Shown in pieces: positions 10,233-20,600 of a DNA stretch of 47,691 nucleotides. The stretch spans positions 1-47,691 of the forward strand of contig NIVC01004388.1 in NCBI GenBank assembly GCA_002269645.1, given 5' to 3'. The position numbers and the translations under genes were made by a program. How positions within the stretch are numbered: the stretch's first letter is position 1; each line of letters starts with the position of its first letter. The notes beneath the pieces were generated by a model that saw only the letters and a list, made by a program, of their open reading frames with translations, was not told the DNA's origin and did no database searches. This stretch comes from Macrostomum lignano. Taxonomy: Eukaryota.

Positions 10233-13200
10233 GCCGCGCTGGCAGCACAGCTGGATGAAGTGCGCGCCCTGCTCGGGTGGCGGCCGGTTGCGAGGCGTGA
10301 GAATCCTGCCTGCTGCAGCCTCTGCAGATTGCCTTGCCAAAATGCACATAGCCTCCCCCAAAATGTACATAGCCTCCCCCAAAATGCACATCCCCTTCCC
10401 CAACATGCACATAGTTTCCCCCAAAATGCACATCCCCTTCCCCAACATGCACATAGTCTCCCCCAAAATGCACATAGCCTCCCCCAAAATGTACATAGTC
10501 TCCCCCAAAATGTACATAGCCTCCCCCAAAATGCACATCCCCTTCCCTAACATGCACATAGTCTCCCCCAAAATGCACATCCCCTTCCCCAACATGCACA
10601 TAGTCTCCCCCAAAATGCACATAGCCTCCCCCAAAATGTACATAGTCTCCCCCAAAATGCACATAGCCTCCCCCAAAATGTACATAGCCTCCCCCAAAAT
10701 GCACATCCCCTTCCCCAACATGCACATAGTCTCCCCCAAAATGCACATCCCCTTCCCCAACATGCACATAGTCTCCCCCAAAATGCACATAGCCTCCCCC
10801 AAAATGTACATAGTCTCCCCCAAAATGCACATAGCCTCCCCCAAAATGTACATAGCCTCCCCCAAAATGCACATCCCCTTCCCCAACATGCACATAGTCT
10901 CCCCCAAAATGCACATCCCCTTCCCCAACATGCACATAGTCTCCCCCAAAATGCACATCCCCTTCCCCAACATGCACATAGTCTCCCCCAAAATGCACAT
11001 CCCCTTCCCCAACATGCACATAGTCTCCCCCAAAATGCACATCCCTTCCCCAAAATGCACATAGCCTTCACCAACATGCATACGGCCTTCTTAAAAATGC
11101 CCATACTCTTCCCAAAAAATCCAGTTACCTCCATCAAGAACCCTCTACACCGACCACAAAACACCCATGTCCCCAAACACACAGAATATACCCATAAAAA
11201 GTAGATTAACCTTAATCTACGAATAGAGTTTATTCAGAAATGAGCCAAGCGCAACCTCACCTTAACAGCGGACTCGCTAAACAGCACTCCATTGTTTCCC
11301 AGAATGCCCACCGTGCGGCCGTGAATGCTCGCGAAGCAGCAGACGAGGGTTTCGCCGTACATGGCTTTGAATTCGTCCAGCTCGCTGCCGTCCACAACGC
11401 GGGCGATGACCTCGCGACTGCAGAGGCGAATGCGAGAGGCTGCTGAGCGATACGACTTTATTTGGATTCAACCATAGTTGCTAGTGATTCAGTGACCAAT
11501 GCACCTTACAGACAGTGACCAATGCCACCTTACAGACAGTGACCAATGTCACCTTATAGACAGTGACCAATGCCACCTTACAGACAGTGACCAATGCCAC
11601 CTTACAGACAGTGACCAATGCCACCTTACAGACAGTGACCAATGCCACCTTACAGACAGTGACCAATGCCACCTTACAGACAGTGACCAATGCCACCTTA
11701 TTGACAGTGACCAATGCCACCTTACAGACAGTGACCAATGTCACCTACAATACGGAGAGTCTGACAGTGACCAATGCCACCTTACAGACAGTGACCAATG
11801 TCATCTTACAGACAGTGACCAATGTCACCTACAATACAGACAGTCTTACAGTGACCAATGCCACCTTACAGACAGTGTCCGATGTGACCTACAGGCAGTG
11901 ACCAATGCCACCTTATAGACAGTGACCAATGTCACCTACAGGCAGTGACCAATGCCACCTTACAGACAGTAACCAATGTCACCTACAGGCAGTGACCAAT
12001 GTCACCTACAGGCAGTGGCCAATGCCATCTTACAGACAATGACCGATACGACCTTACATTTGTGTTAATCTAAAGTTATTTGCATTCAGTGCGGACCATT
12101 TATCAGTGACTAACAGACTACAGCAGAGTTACGTTGATTAAGTGAGCAGTCAGTAACCAGCGGCTCAGAACTTACATATCAAAATTCCGCTTCAGATTGC
12201 CTCCCACAATGCCGTAGATCTCATCCGCCGGATACAGCGGCTCGCTGAAGGCGGGAGTCGCGGGCTGCACGGGCCGATTGAGCCGGGCCACCACCCGCCT
12301 AGCCAGGTGCAACGCGTGCTCATCGTCCTGGGCGTAGTGGTCCGTGACACCCGACTGCCGGCAGTGCAGATCGGCGCCGCCCAGAGCTTCCGCCGACACT
12401 TCCTCGCCTGTGGCAGCTTTCACCTTCAATGGCGGGATCGGAGGGCGATTCTTAATGAGATTGGAGGGCGATTCTCATTGGGATTGGAGCGCGATTCTCA
12501 ATGAGTTTGGAGCGCGATTCTCAATGAGATTGGAGGGCGATTTTCATTGGGATTGGAGGGCGATTCTCATTGAGTTTGGAGGGCGATTCTCATTGAGATT
12601 GGAGGGCGATTCTTAATGGGATTGGAGGGCGATTCTCATTGAGATTGGAGGGCGATTCTTAATGGGATTGGAGGGCGATTCTCATTGAGATTGGAGGGCG
12701 ATTCTCATTGAGATTGGAGGGCGATTCTTAATGGGATTGGAGGGCGATTCTCATTGAGATTGGAGGGCGATTTTCATTGGGATTGGAGGGCGATTCTCAT
12801 TGAGATTGGAGGGCGATTCTCAGAGCTGCTATAGAAATAAATTACAGGCCATCATTATTCAAAAGATAAGTGGACCCAATGGGCCATTATCAATGGAAAA
12901 CCTAGGAGGCGATGCAAGCAGGCCTGGCAGACTTACAAGCGGCGGTCCTCCCAAGAAGATGGTGCCTTGCTTTTGCACAATGATGCTCTCATCAGCCATC
13001 GCGGGCACGTAGGCGCCGCCAGCGGTGCACGAGCCCAGGACCACAGCCACCTGGGGAATGTTCTGACTGGAAAGGGTGGCTTGGTTGTAGAAGATGCGGC
13101 CGAAATGGTCCCGGTCGGGGAAAACTGCGTCTTGCCTGGGCAGATTAGCGCCGCCGGAATCCACTGAGGGCGGGGTGGGAATTGGGATCTGCTCTGGTAA

Positions 13201-16200
13201 TAGCAAGAAAATGCACATCTGAGTTTAAATTAAAACATTGGTGTGACTGACCGGAAGTAGAAGTCATAATGGGACTGGAAGTAGAGGTAAGAATGGGACC
13301 AGAAGTAGGGGTCAGAATGGGACCGGAAGTAGAGGTCAGAATGGGACCGGAAGTAGAGGTCAGAATGGGACCGGAAGTAGAGGTCAGAATGGGACGGTGG
13401 GACCGGAAGTAAAGGTAAGAATGGGACCGGAAGTAAAGGTAAGAATGGGGGCAGAAGTGGGGGTCAGAATGGGACCGGAAGTAGAGGTTAGAATGGGACC
13501 GGAAGTAGGGGTTAGAATATAACCGGAAGCAAAGGTTGGAATAGGACTGGAGGGAAATGGTGCAATTAAGTCAACTTCGGAATTGAACCGGAAGTAGAGT
13601 TCAGAATCAGGATGGTTCCAGAATTGTGTCAAAATAGTCAAAAACTCACCGAGATAAATGCAAGGCAGGCGATTCTGGCGAGCCACTTCCTGGGCGCGCA
13701 GGTGTTTTTTCACCGTGATTGGGTAGTAGGAGCCGCCCTTCACAGTCGGGTCATTGGCGACTATCACGCATTCGACTCTATGAAAGCATTTGAAAATCAC
13801 ACCAATTAGTGCCTGGCAGTCTGACAAATTAGTGACAGATGAATAAGGTTAACAAGGCTGACTCACCCACTAACCTGGCCGATGCCAGTGATGATACCAC
13901 CAGCTGGCACCTCCTCTTTGCCATAGAGCTCGTGTCCTGCCAGCTGCGACAGCTCAAGGAATGCAGATCCGGGATCCAGCAGGTGGCCAATCCGGTCTCT
14001 GGGCAGCAGCTTGCCACGGCTCAGATGCCGCTCACGAGCCTTTTCACCTCCACCTAGTTGAGCCCAAGTTAATTAGCAACTGTGTAATTAGCAACAAATT
14101 CCCCAACTTTAACTAAGAAATTTTAAACTCACCTTTTAAAACATGCTGAATCTTGGATTCCAGATCAGAGACCAGCTTCTTCATGTTGGCATAGTTAGTC
14201 TAAAAATTATAGAAACAATACACAATGTATAGTCCAGCTATTACTATACAGATGTCAATGGCATAATGTCAGTTGCAATTAAAGTTCTGAAAATTTCGGA
14301 ATCCACTCTTTTTTCAGCAGTTGTCTACACAATGTAACTTAAACGTGACAGCAAAAAAAAGCTTTTTTCTTTCCTTGGGGTTTGCAGCCACAGGGGCATA
14401 TGGGGTCAAGAATGAATTATAAGCATTTAACTCAATATGCACACTTGAATTGAATGCAAGATGGACAAAACTCAGCCTAGGAGACAGGCCCAATCTAGCT
14501 CAGCCAATGAGAGAGCAGTAAAGAAATAGGTTAAAATCAAATATAAGCAGGCAAGATGAAAGCCTATTTGTTGACCTAGCTAAGGGATAGGGTGCCACCT
14601 CCATTGAAACCAAGCTCAGTGCTACTTTATAACTAGATAGTTTAACTGCTTTTGGTATTCTTGTCCCCTTGGTAATATTAATAATAATAATTAATTACAC
14701 CTGCCCTGATTTGGACAGACACAATTGACATGACAGCTTAGCTATAGCTACTGTGTGGTATATTAGAAGACTACAGATAGCTATTTAGTCTAGAGACTGG
14801 GGTTACCACACACCCTCAATTACCCTAGCTAGGCACAATTCTGGTACCTATTTTATAGCTGGGTGAACTGAAGCAATGCAGAGTTAAGTGTCCTGCTCAA
14901 TGACACAAATTGTTTTAGTGGGATTGGGAATTGAACTTTCCAAACTTCAAGTTATAAGTCTACTAGTAGGCCTATCTAATGCTCTAACCACTACTAGGCC
15001 TAGGCTACAACCTATACATGTGCAACCTCCAAAACTTGGTTGGGCATGCAACTTAGTTTTAACAAAAAATGCGACATAGTCTTTGGCCAAAAATGCAACT
15101 TACTTAAAAAAGAAAGTAAAGCAAAATTAATGCAATTTTGGGTAAATGGCAGGAGTAACAATCATGTCCTATTAAGGCGAAATGCCTTATCATCTAATTA
15201 GTACTATGTCTGTATTCCTTTTAGTGGGGCATTTTTGCAACTTACCTTGGTTGGCTGCCAAATCTGTTAGCCAGATTTTAGTCTTTTTAGTACTATATTA
15301 CTACTACTAGGTATAATAAAAATGAAAAAAATTTTTGATAATTTCTTGGAAAATTTCAAATTAATCTTTGCATCTATGAAGGAAAGAATTCTAAATCTTT
15401 TTGGCTTTAATATAGTATTTTTCCTATTTTCTTTGACTATGAGCAAGCAGCAAGCTTTGCGGCAAAGTGCTACTAAGCTATTCCATGTGAGCCTGCCTCC
15501 AAAGACAATCTATACACAACTTAAGTACTGATTGGCAATAGTTTACGAAGTGAAAGCAACAATCTAGCACTAGGGCTATATGTGCCATAAGCCAAGGAGT
15601 GGTTTCCTATGATCTACTTGCACTGCCAAGATAATTGCTATCAAGAAAACCAAGATTTGCCCTGATCCTTAGCAGTCAATTAGGAAACTGACAGCTAAGC
15701 ATAGAATGATGCCAATGTCAATGCCATAGTCCAGATCATGCTAGGTGCATGCCTGAACAAAAATTGAATAATTATAAATGCACACTGAAAAAAAATTAGT
15801 GCACGCCCATTCTCAAAAATACGCTAGTGTTGCAACAATAAATGACCTTTTTTATGTTATGACAAAGACTTTTTTTAAATTGCATAATAAACCTTTATTA
15901 GATAATTTTGTTGCTTTTAAAGCATATTCGGCAATACTATTTATAGTGGAAAGTTTATACATGCAAAGATTTGTTTAAATACTCTTTTGCGAACTAGAAA
16001 AAACATGAAAGCTTGAAATTTGCACCTAAAAATGAACTTTTTTTCATCTTTTTTCTACTTTACAATGACTCTTACACATGATTCTATAAAGTGCATGCCA
16101 GGTGCACACGCATACTTTTTTCTCAGGAGTGATGCAAACCAACTGTGCACGCCTAATTTTGGCATGCAAGGCCAATGCATGCCCAAATTTTCAGGCGTAT

Positions 16201-16927
16201 ACTACATGATCCAGAGTGTGATGTCAATGCATAAACTAGTAAAGGCTGACTTGCATCTGCACTTGGTTTGCAAAGCAACTTGTCACTAAGGTGCAAGTGG
16301 TAATTGCAGCAGTTGCATGATTTGCTCAACTAGATCAAAGGCCATGGTGCTGGATAGACCATTATCTTTTTAGAGAAGAAGCTGTTTATGGTTGACCTAG
16401 TGCATAACTGGCATAATGACAGAATCCTTGCAGCATCTGCCAATGATGCCAGTCCCAAGGTTGTCAGAATTACCACCATAAAGCATTGACTTAGATTTTC
16501 ATGTTTTACATCAACTTATATTTGTTAGGCCTATCAAATACTAGGCTCTCCTACTCAAAACAAAAATATCTAGCATAGCAATAAATGTAAGCCATAAATT
16601 CTTAATTAGTATTATTAATAGTACCTAGTTCTAATTATATAGTTTATTTTATATCTTTGCATAGATATTTTGTTTCTTGGCTAAGAGTTTTTATTAGAAT
16701 TGGCCAACTCTAAATTTGCAACTTTTTGAACCAACTGCTTGCTAATTATATTTATAGTTACATTACAGAACATGCAAAATATAGGCCTAGTGAAATTCCT
16801 TTGAGCCTACCTTATATACATTATCATTTGTATCTATATTAGACTTGAATGCACATAATGAACGAAAAGGCTGGCGAAAATTTCTTTGCGCTATCATTAT
16901 GTTGAACTGCAATGTTTTAATCGACAT
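8857..16927 (-). CDS. MCCC2: Methylcrotonoyl-CoA carboxylase beta chain (mitochondrial). Exons (minus): 16927-16811, 14199-14133, 14053-13867, 13777-13650, 13163-12937, 12423-12176, 11417-11261, 10268-9910, 9040-8857; 1674 nt = 557 aa + stop
   Basis: All introns GT-AG with matching phases. Translation includes [98 protein letters not shown] and C-terminal [20 protein letters not shown], all hallmark MCCC2 motifs. Exon 1 ([39 protein letters not shown]) looks like a basic, acid-free mitochondrial presequence and ends at a GTAGGC donor in phase 0. Confidence 0.96.
9300..9890. repeat. Complex GTGAA-based minisatellite (GGTGAACTGGTGAATCTGTGAACG) in MCCC2 intron 8
   Basis: Directly visible, about 24-bp unit with variants. 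Confidence 0.9.
10340..11065. repeat. 21-bp-based minisatellite (CCCCAAAATGCACATAGCCTC and variants) in MCCC2 intron 7
   Basis: Directly visible, with higher-order patterning of variant units. Confidence 0.95.
11489..12050. repeat. 24-bp minisatellite (CAGTGACCAATGCCACCTTACAGA) in MCCC2 intron 6
   Basis: Directly visible. Confidence 0.95.
12436..12820. repeat. 23-bp minisatellite (GATTGGAGGGCGATTCTCATTGA) in MCCC2 intron 5
   Basis: Directly visible. Confidence 0.95.
13250..13520. repeat. 24-bp minisatellite (GGGACCGGAAGTAGAGGTCAGAAT) in MCCC2 intron 4
   Basis: Directly visible. Confidence 0.92.
14680..15010 (-). mobile_element. tRNA-derived SINE with CORE-like domain, old copy in MCCC2 intron 1
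   Basis: A-box TAGTGGTTAGAGC and B-box GTTCAATTCCC, then TTGTGTCATTGAGCAGGACACTTAACTCTGCATTGCTTCAGTTCACCCAGCT. Aligns with the copy at 25796-26065. Confidence 0.8.
15439..16475 (+). mobile_element. Decayed Tc1/mariner (maT/DD37D-like) transposase remnant, interrupted by an insertion of about 0.5 kb (about 15730-16210)
   Basis: The 15439 frame gives [35 protein letters not shown] (HTH with PRSG motif). From about 16220: [42 protein letters not shown], a decayed IIFSDEKLFTV..HN.QNDRI motif. Multiple stop codons. Confidence 0.7.
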
Positions 16928-17601
16928 TGCATCAAAATTTAGTTAGGTTTAGAAAAAAAAGATTTTAACAAATTAGGCTCGTTTCGACAAGTCTTCAGAA
17001 TATAGATCCGTCTATTGGCTATCAAATTATTTCTAACATTACTAACTAGAAAGATAAGAGTTCATCTAAACGTCAGTTTAGGGAGTGAAGGTTTGCGTGG
17101 TGGAGCACTCAAGAAAAGCAAGAAAAAAATAAGTCACGCACGAACGAATCGTGCTTAGTAACTTAGCATAATTAATTTAAAAAATAAATAATTGTTACTA
17201 GTTATTTTAAAAGACCTTGCTTTTTAATAGTGACGGTAACAACTAAACAACAGAAACGCGCATATTCAGTCCTTCGAAATAAGTGAGGGTAAAGTAGTTT
17301 GTTAATATTCGTGAAATATTAGCATATAAACAAAATGTTCACATACCTAGGCACAGTTTTTCCCTTTTGATAACTAAATAAAATCAAAGTTAAAATGTAT
17401 TTTTGAACGTTGGTTACAGTTAACAAAAATTTTATTCTCCTCGTCGTCGTCAGCGCGTTCGGTGGTGGATAGTAAAAATATTATTACTTTATTATTATTA
17501 TATCATAGGCCCTACTTTTCACTGTTGTCCTAAAAATCATTGTATTGAAATCAATTGTTCCCCATTAACACCGACTCAAAGTAAAGATTTCTAAATTTGC
17601 T
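16928..17601. promoter_or_regulatory. Putative bidirectional promoter / 5' UTR region shared by MCCC2 (minus) and AGO (plus)
   Basis: 674 bp between divergent start codons. It retains CpGs (about 16860-17470), unlike the CpG-poor introns on both sides. Confidence 0.65.
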
Positions 17602-20600
17602 ATGGCCATGATGCTTGGTGGTAATTCTCTCTTTCCAGCTAATGCCAATGGCAATAATAGTGCACTTTATCAAAATGCCCAAGACTTTAATCAGCGAGCA
17701 GTGTCTTTCAGTAAGTATGCCCAACCCAAATTTGTTAGTTTTTATTCAGCAAATATAAATTAAATCACTTTTAGTTATGCTTACTTTTACTATGGCCTAC
17801 TTTTGTTGCATTTTTTAAAGTTTCATATAGTGGATTTAATAATAATCTTTGTCAAATGACAAAGAAAGATGACACAGATCCAGAATTTTTGCAGGGAAGA
17901 GACAACCTATAGGCTTTAAGTTCAAACTAGGAATGAGAAAAATCATGTTATAATGGTTTAATAATTCTATTATTAGAGGCAAATATATTTTTTTTAAACT
18001 TCAATCATTAGGATACTAATTTGCAATATAGCTATTAGATTAGCATGCATAAAATTATTTTTAAGCTTCTAAAGATATGTTATTTTATTTTATTAGATTT
18101 TATTTTTATATCCAAGAAAGATGACTCAAATATTTATTATATAAGTTGACTCATTCTTCAATATGTGATAAATAAATAGTTTTATAATTTATAGCCTAGT
18201 ATAAAGTCTTAATAATATAAAAATCCAAATATAGCACAAATACAATACAGTATACAAATATAAACATCTAAATATATTAAATCTCTAAGTCTAAGGTTTG
18301 CATGTTTGCCAGTAAGTATCTATCTATCTAGGTATATAATCATTTTTAGAAAAGATGGCTTGACCAATTTTCATGAGACTTGCACTGTTCAATAAGAAAT
18401 TTTCCCATGATAGTACATGTAATTGTTTGATTGAAATTTGTTTGTTTGACTGTTTGATTGAAAGAAATTGCTTGATGCTAAAGGGATTTGATATTTAAAA
18501 AACATGCTTTTTTACAAAGGTCAAGCAGCTCTTTTGAATTAAAATGCATTGCAAGAATGCTAAAAAAAACTGACTGGTTGAATTCTAATTCTGAAATAGA
18601 TTGCATCAGACTAGGCTTTTATTTATTCAGTCTGTGTACTGGCTGAATTTTGACACTGACTTAAATTATGTCATAGTATTGAAAATGCAATGTGGAAGCA
18701 GTGTAAGACCAAGATGGCCATACACCAAGATGGCCATAGCCACAACATTAAATCTCTATTATATCTGCTTTCTCTCTAATAATAATTAGCAACTTAATAG
18801 CTATTGTTTTATTATCATAGTCTGATAGTCATGCATTATTTTGTTTTAATCAATCATATTTATAAATATTGATATAATAATTAGATTTGAAACCAATTAA
18901 TCATAATATAAAAATATGAATCTTTTTAGTTTTTGTGCCAATTTATTCCCATAAGGCCATATATATTAAATATATCATTATTAGTTTATTAAGAAACCAT
19001 TGCTAATAATAATGCTATGCAAAAATGAGATAAATATGCGACTAGGTATTTATTTTATGCTTGGCTACTTGCTTTATTTAGTAAATAAACATATATAGGT
19101 CCAGCCAAAATAAAAGCTAGGCCTAAAAACAAAGGGAATGATTATAATGTAATATAATTCTATTTTAGCATCTATCTTTCTAATTATTACTAATAGGAAA
19201 ATGGAAATGAATGAAATATATAGACCTATACTTATTATTATTTATTTTAATTTAGACATTTAGATCTGTGGCCATCTTGGTGTGTGGCTATCTTGGTCAT
19301 GTGCCGTGGAAGCCAGGGTGTTTTAACCTAGGGTGGGCTAAAGAATTGTACAAGTGGGCCTAAATGACCAAATAGGGGAGAGAGTAAAGAGCAGAGACGA
19401 GGAGGAAAAAGAGAGGGAAGAGACAAGAAGAGAGGGAAGAGACAAGAAGAGATGAGAGATATAAATAAGAGAGAAGAGAGGAATGATCTAAGGGATATAG
19501 AGAGAGGCAGAGGCCAGAGTTTGCCAATACATGTTTTCAACAAACATTGTCTGACATTCTGCCAATGAGATCAATGCTTGCCTCAAATCTAATTTTACAC
19601 AAATTTACTCCATTTTTGTTTACATCTATCCTCTATTATTAACAAGTTTCTGTTTCAGTATAACTTTAGATTTTAGAATATAGGCAAAGATATTTAAATG
19701 TTAAAGTTTTACAGATTAGGTCAAGTCATTATCATCATATGATGATTTTGAATATGATGATTTCAACTGTACCATTTTTCTTGGCATACATACTGCACTG
19801 GTGCACAATAAACTTTGGTATATAGAATTGGCATATTGGTGTATAGAACTATTTGAAGTGCCACATAACTGTAAGCATATTACAGTTTCCAGAACAAAAT
19901 TTTATATTTTTAAGATATTACGATTTAGATTATAATACTATCTCTACTCTCTCCTCTCTTGTCTTGATCCTCTCCTATCTACTCTTTCTTGTCTCATCTC
20001 TTCTCTTGATCATCTCTAATTTGTACTCTCCTATTTATCATCTCTCCTCTCTTCTATCAACTCTCTCATCTCTTCTATCAACTCTCTCCTCTCTTCTATC
20101 AACTCTCATCTCTTCTATCAACTCTCTCCTCTCTTTTATCAACTCTCTCCTCTCTTCTATCAACTCTCATCTCTTCTATCAACTCTCTCCTCTCTTCGCT
20201 ATTCCTTTTACTTTCTCTTCTTTACTCTTTTAGCCCCCTAGCCTATTCCAGCAAAATAGATATTAATATAAATAATCAGACAGTTAAGTAGCCCCAACTA
20301 GTTAATTTCATAGTTCTGTTTAACCTGAAAACTATTGGTGGCTTACACATTGCCATTCCTTTGCCTCTAATTAGTGCCAGGCGCACAGACACCGCTGATG
20401 CTGCCAGGTGGAAGTGGCAGCGGCGGGCCCTTCAACATGGGGCCTCTCCAGCACCAGCTGCCGCCCCAGCCGCCTTCCTCGGGAGCTGGCAGCGTCCACA
20501 GCGCCGGAGCTGGCGGCAGCGGCAGCATGGGTGGCGGCGGGAACGGCCCGCTGACGTCCGGCTCTTCCGGCGGTGGCTCCGGCTTCGGCGGCGGAGGCGG

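Noticed and set aside
9367-11182. Long ORFs (557, 409, 319, 234, 211 aa) with [12 protein letters not shown] or MHIASPK repeats
   Set aside because: These are stop-free translations of intronic minisatellites overlapping MCCC2 exon 8.
14240-14330. Candidate MCCC2 first exon close to exon 2
   Set aside because: No ATG or good donor. The exon at 16927-16811 fits phase, homology and the targeting peptide.
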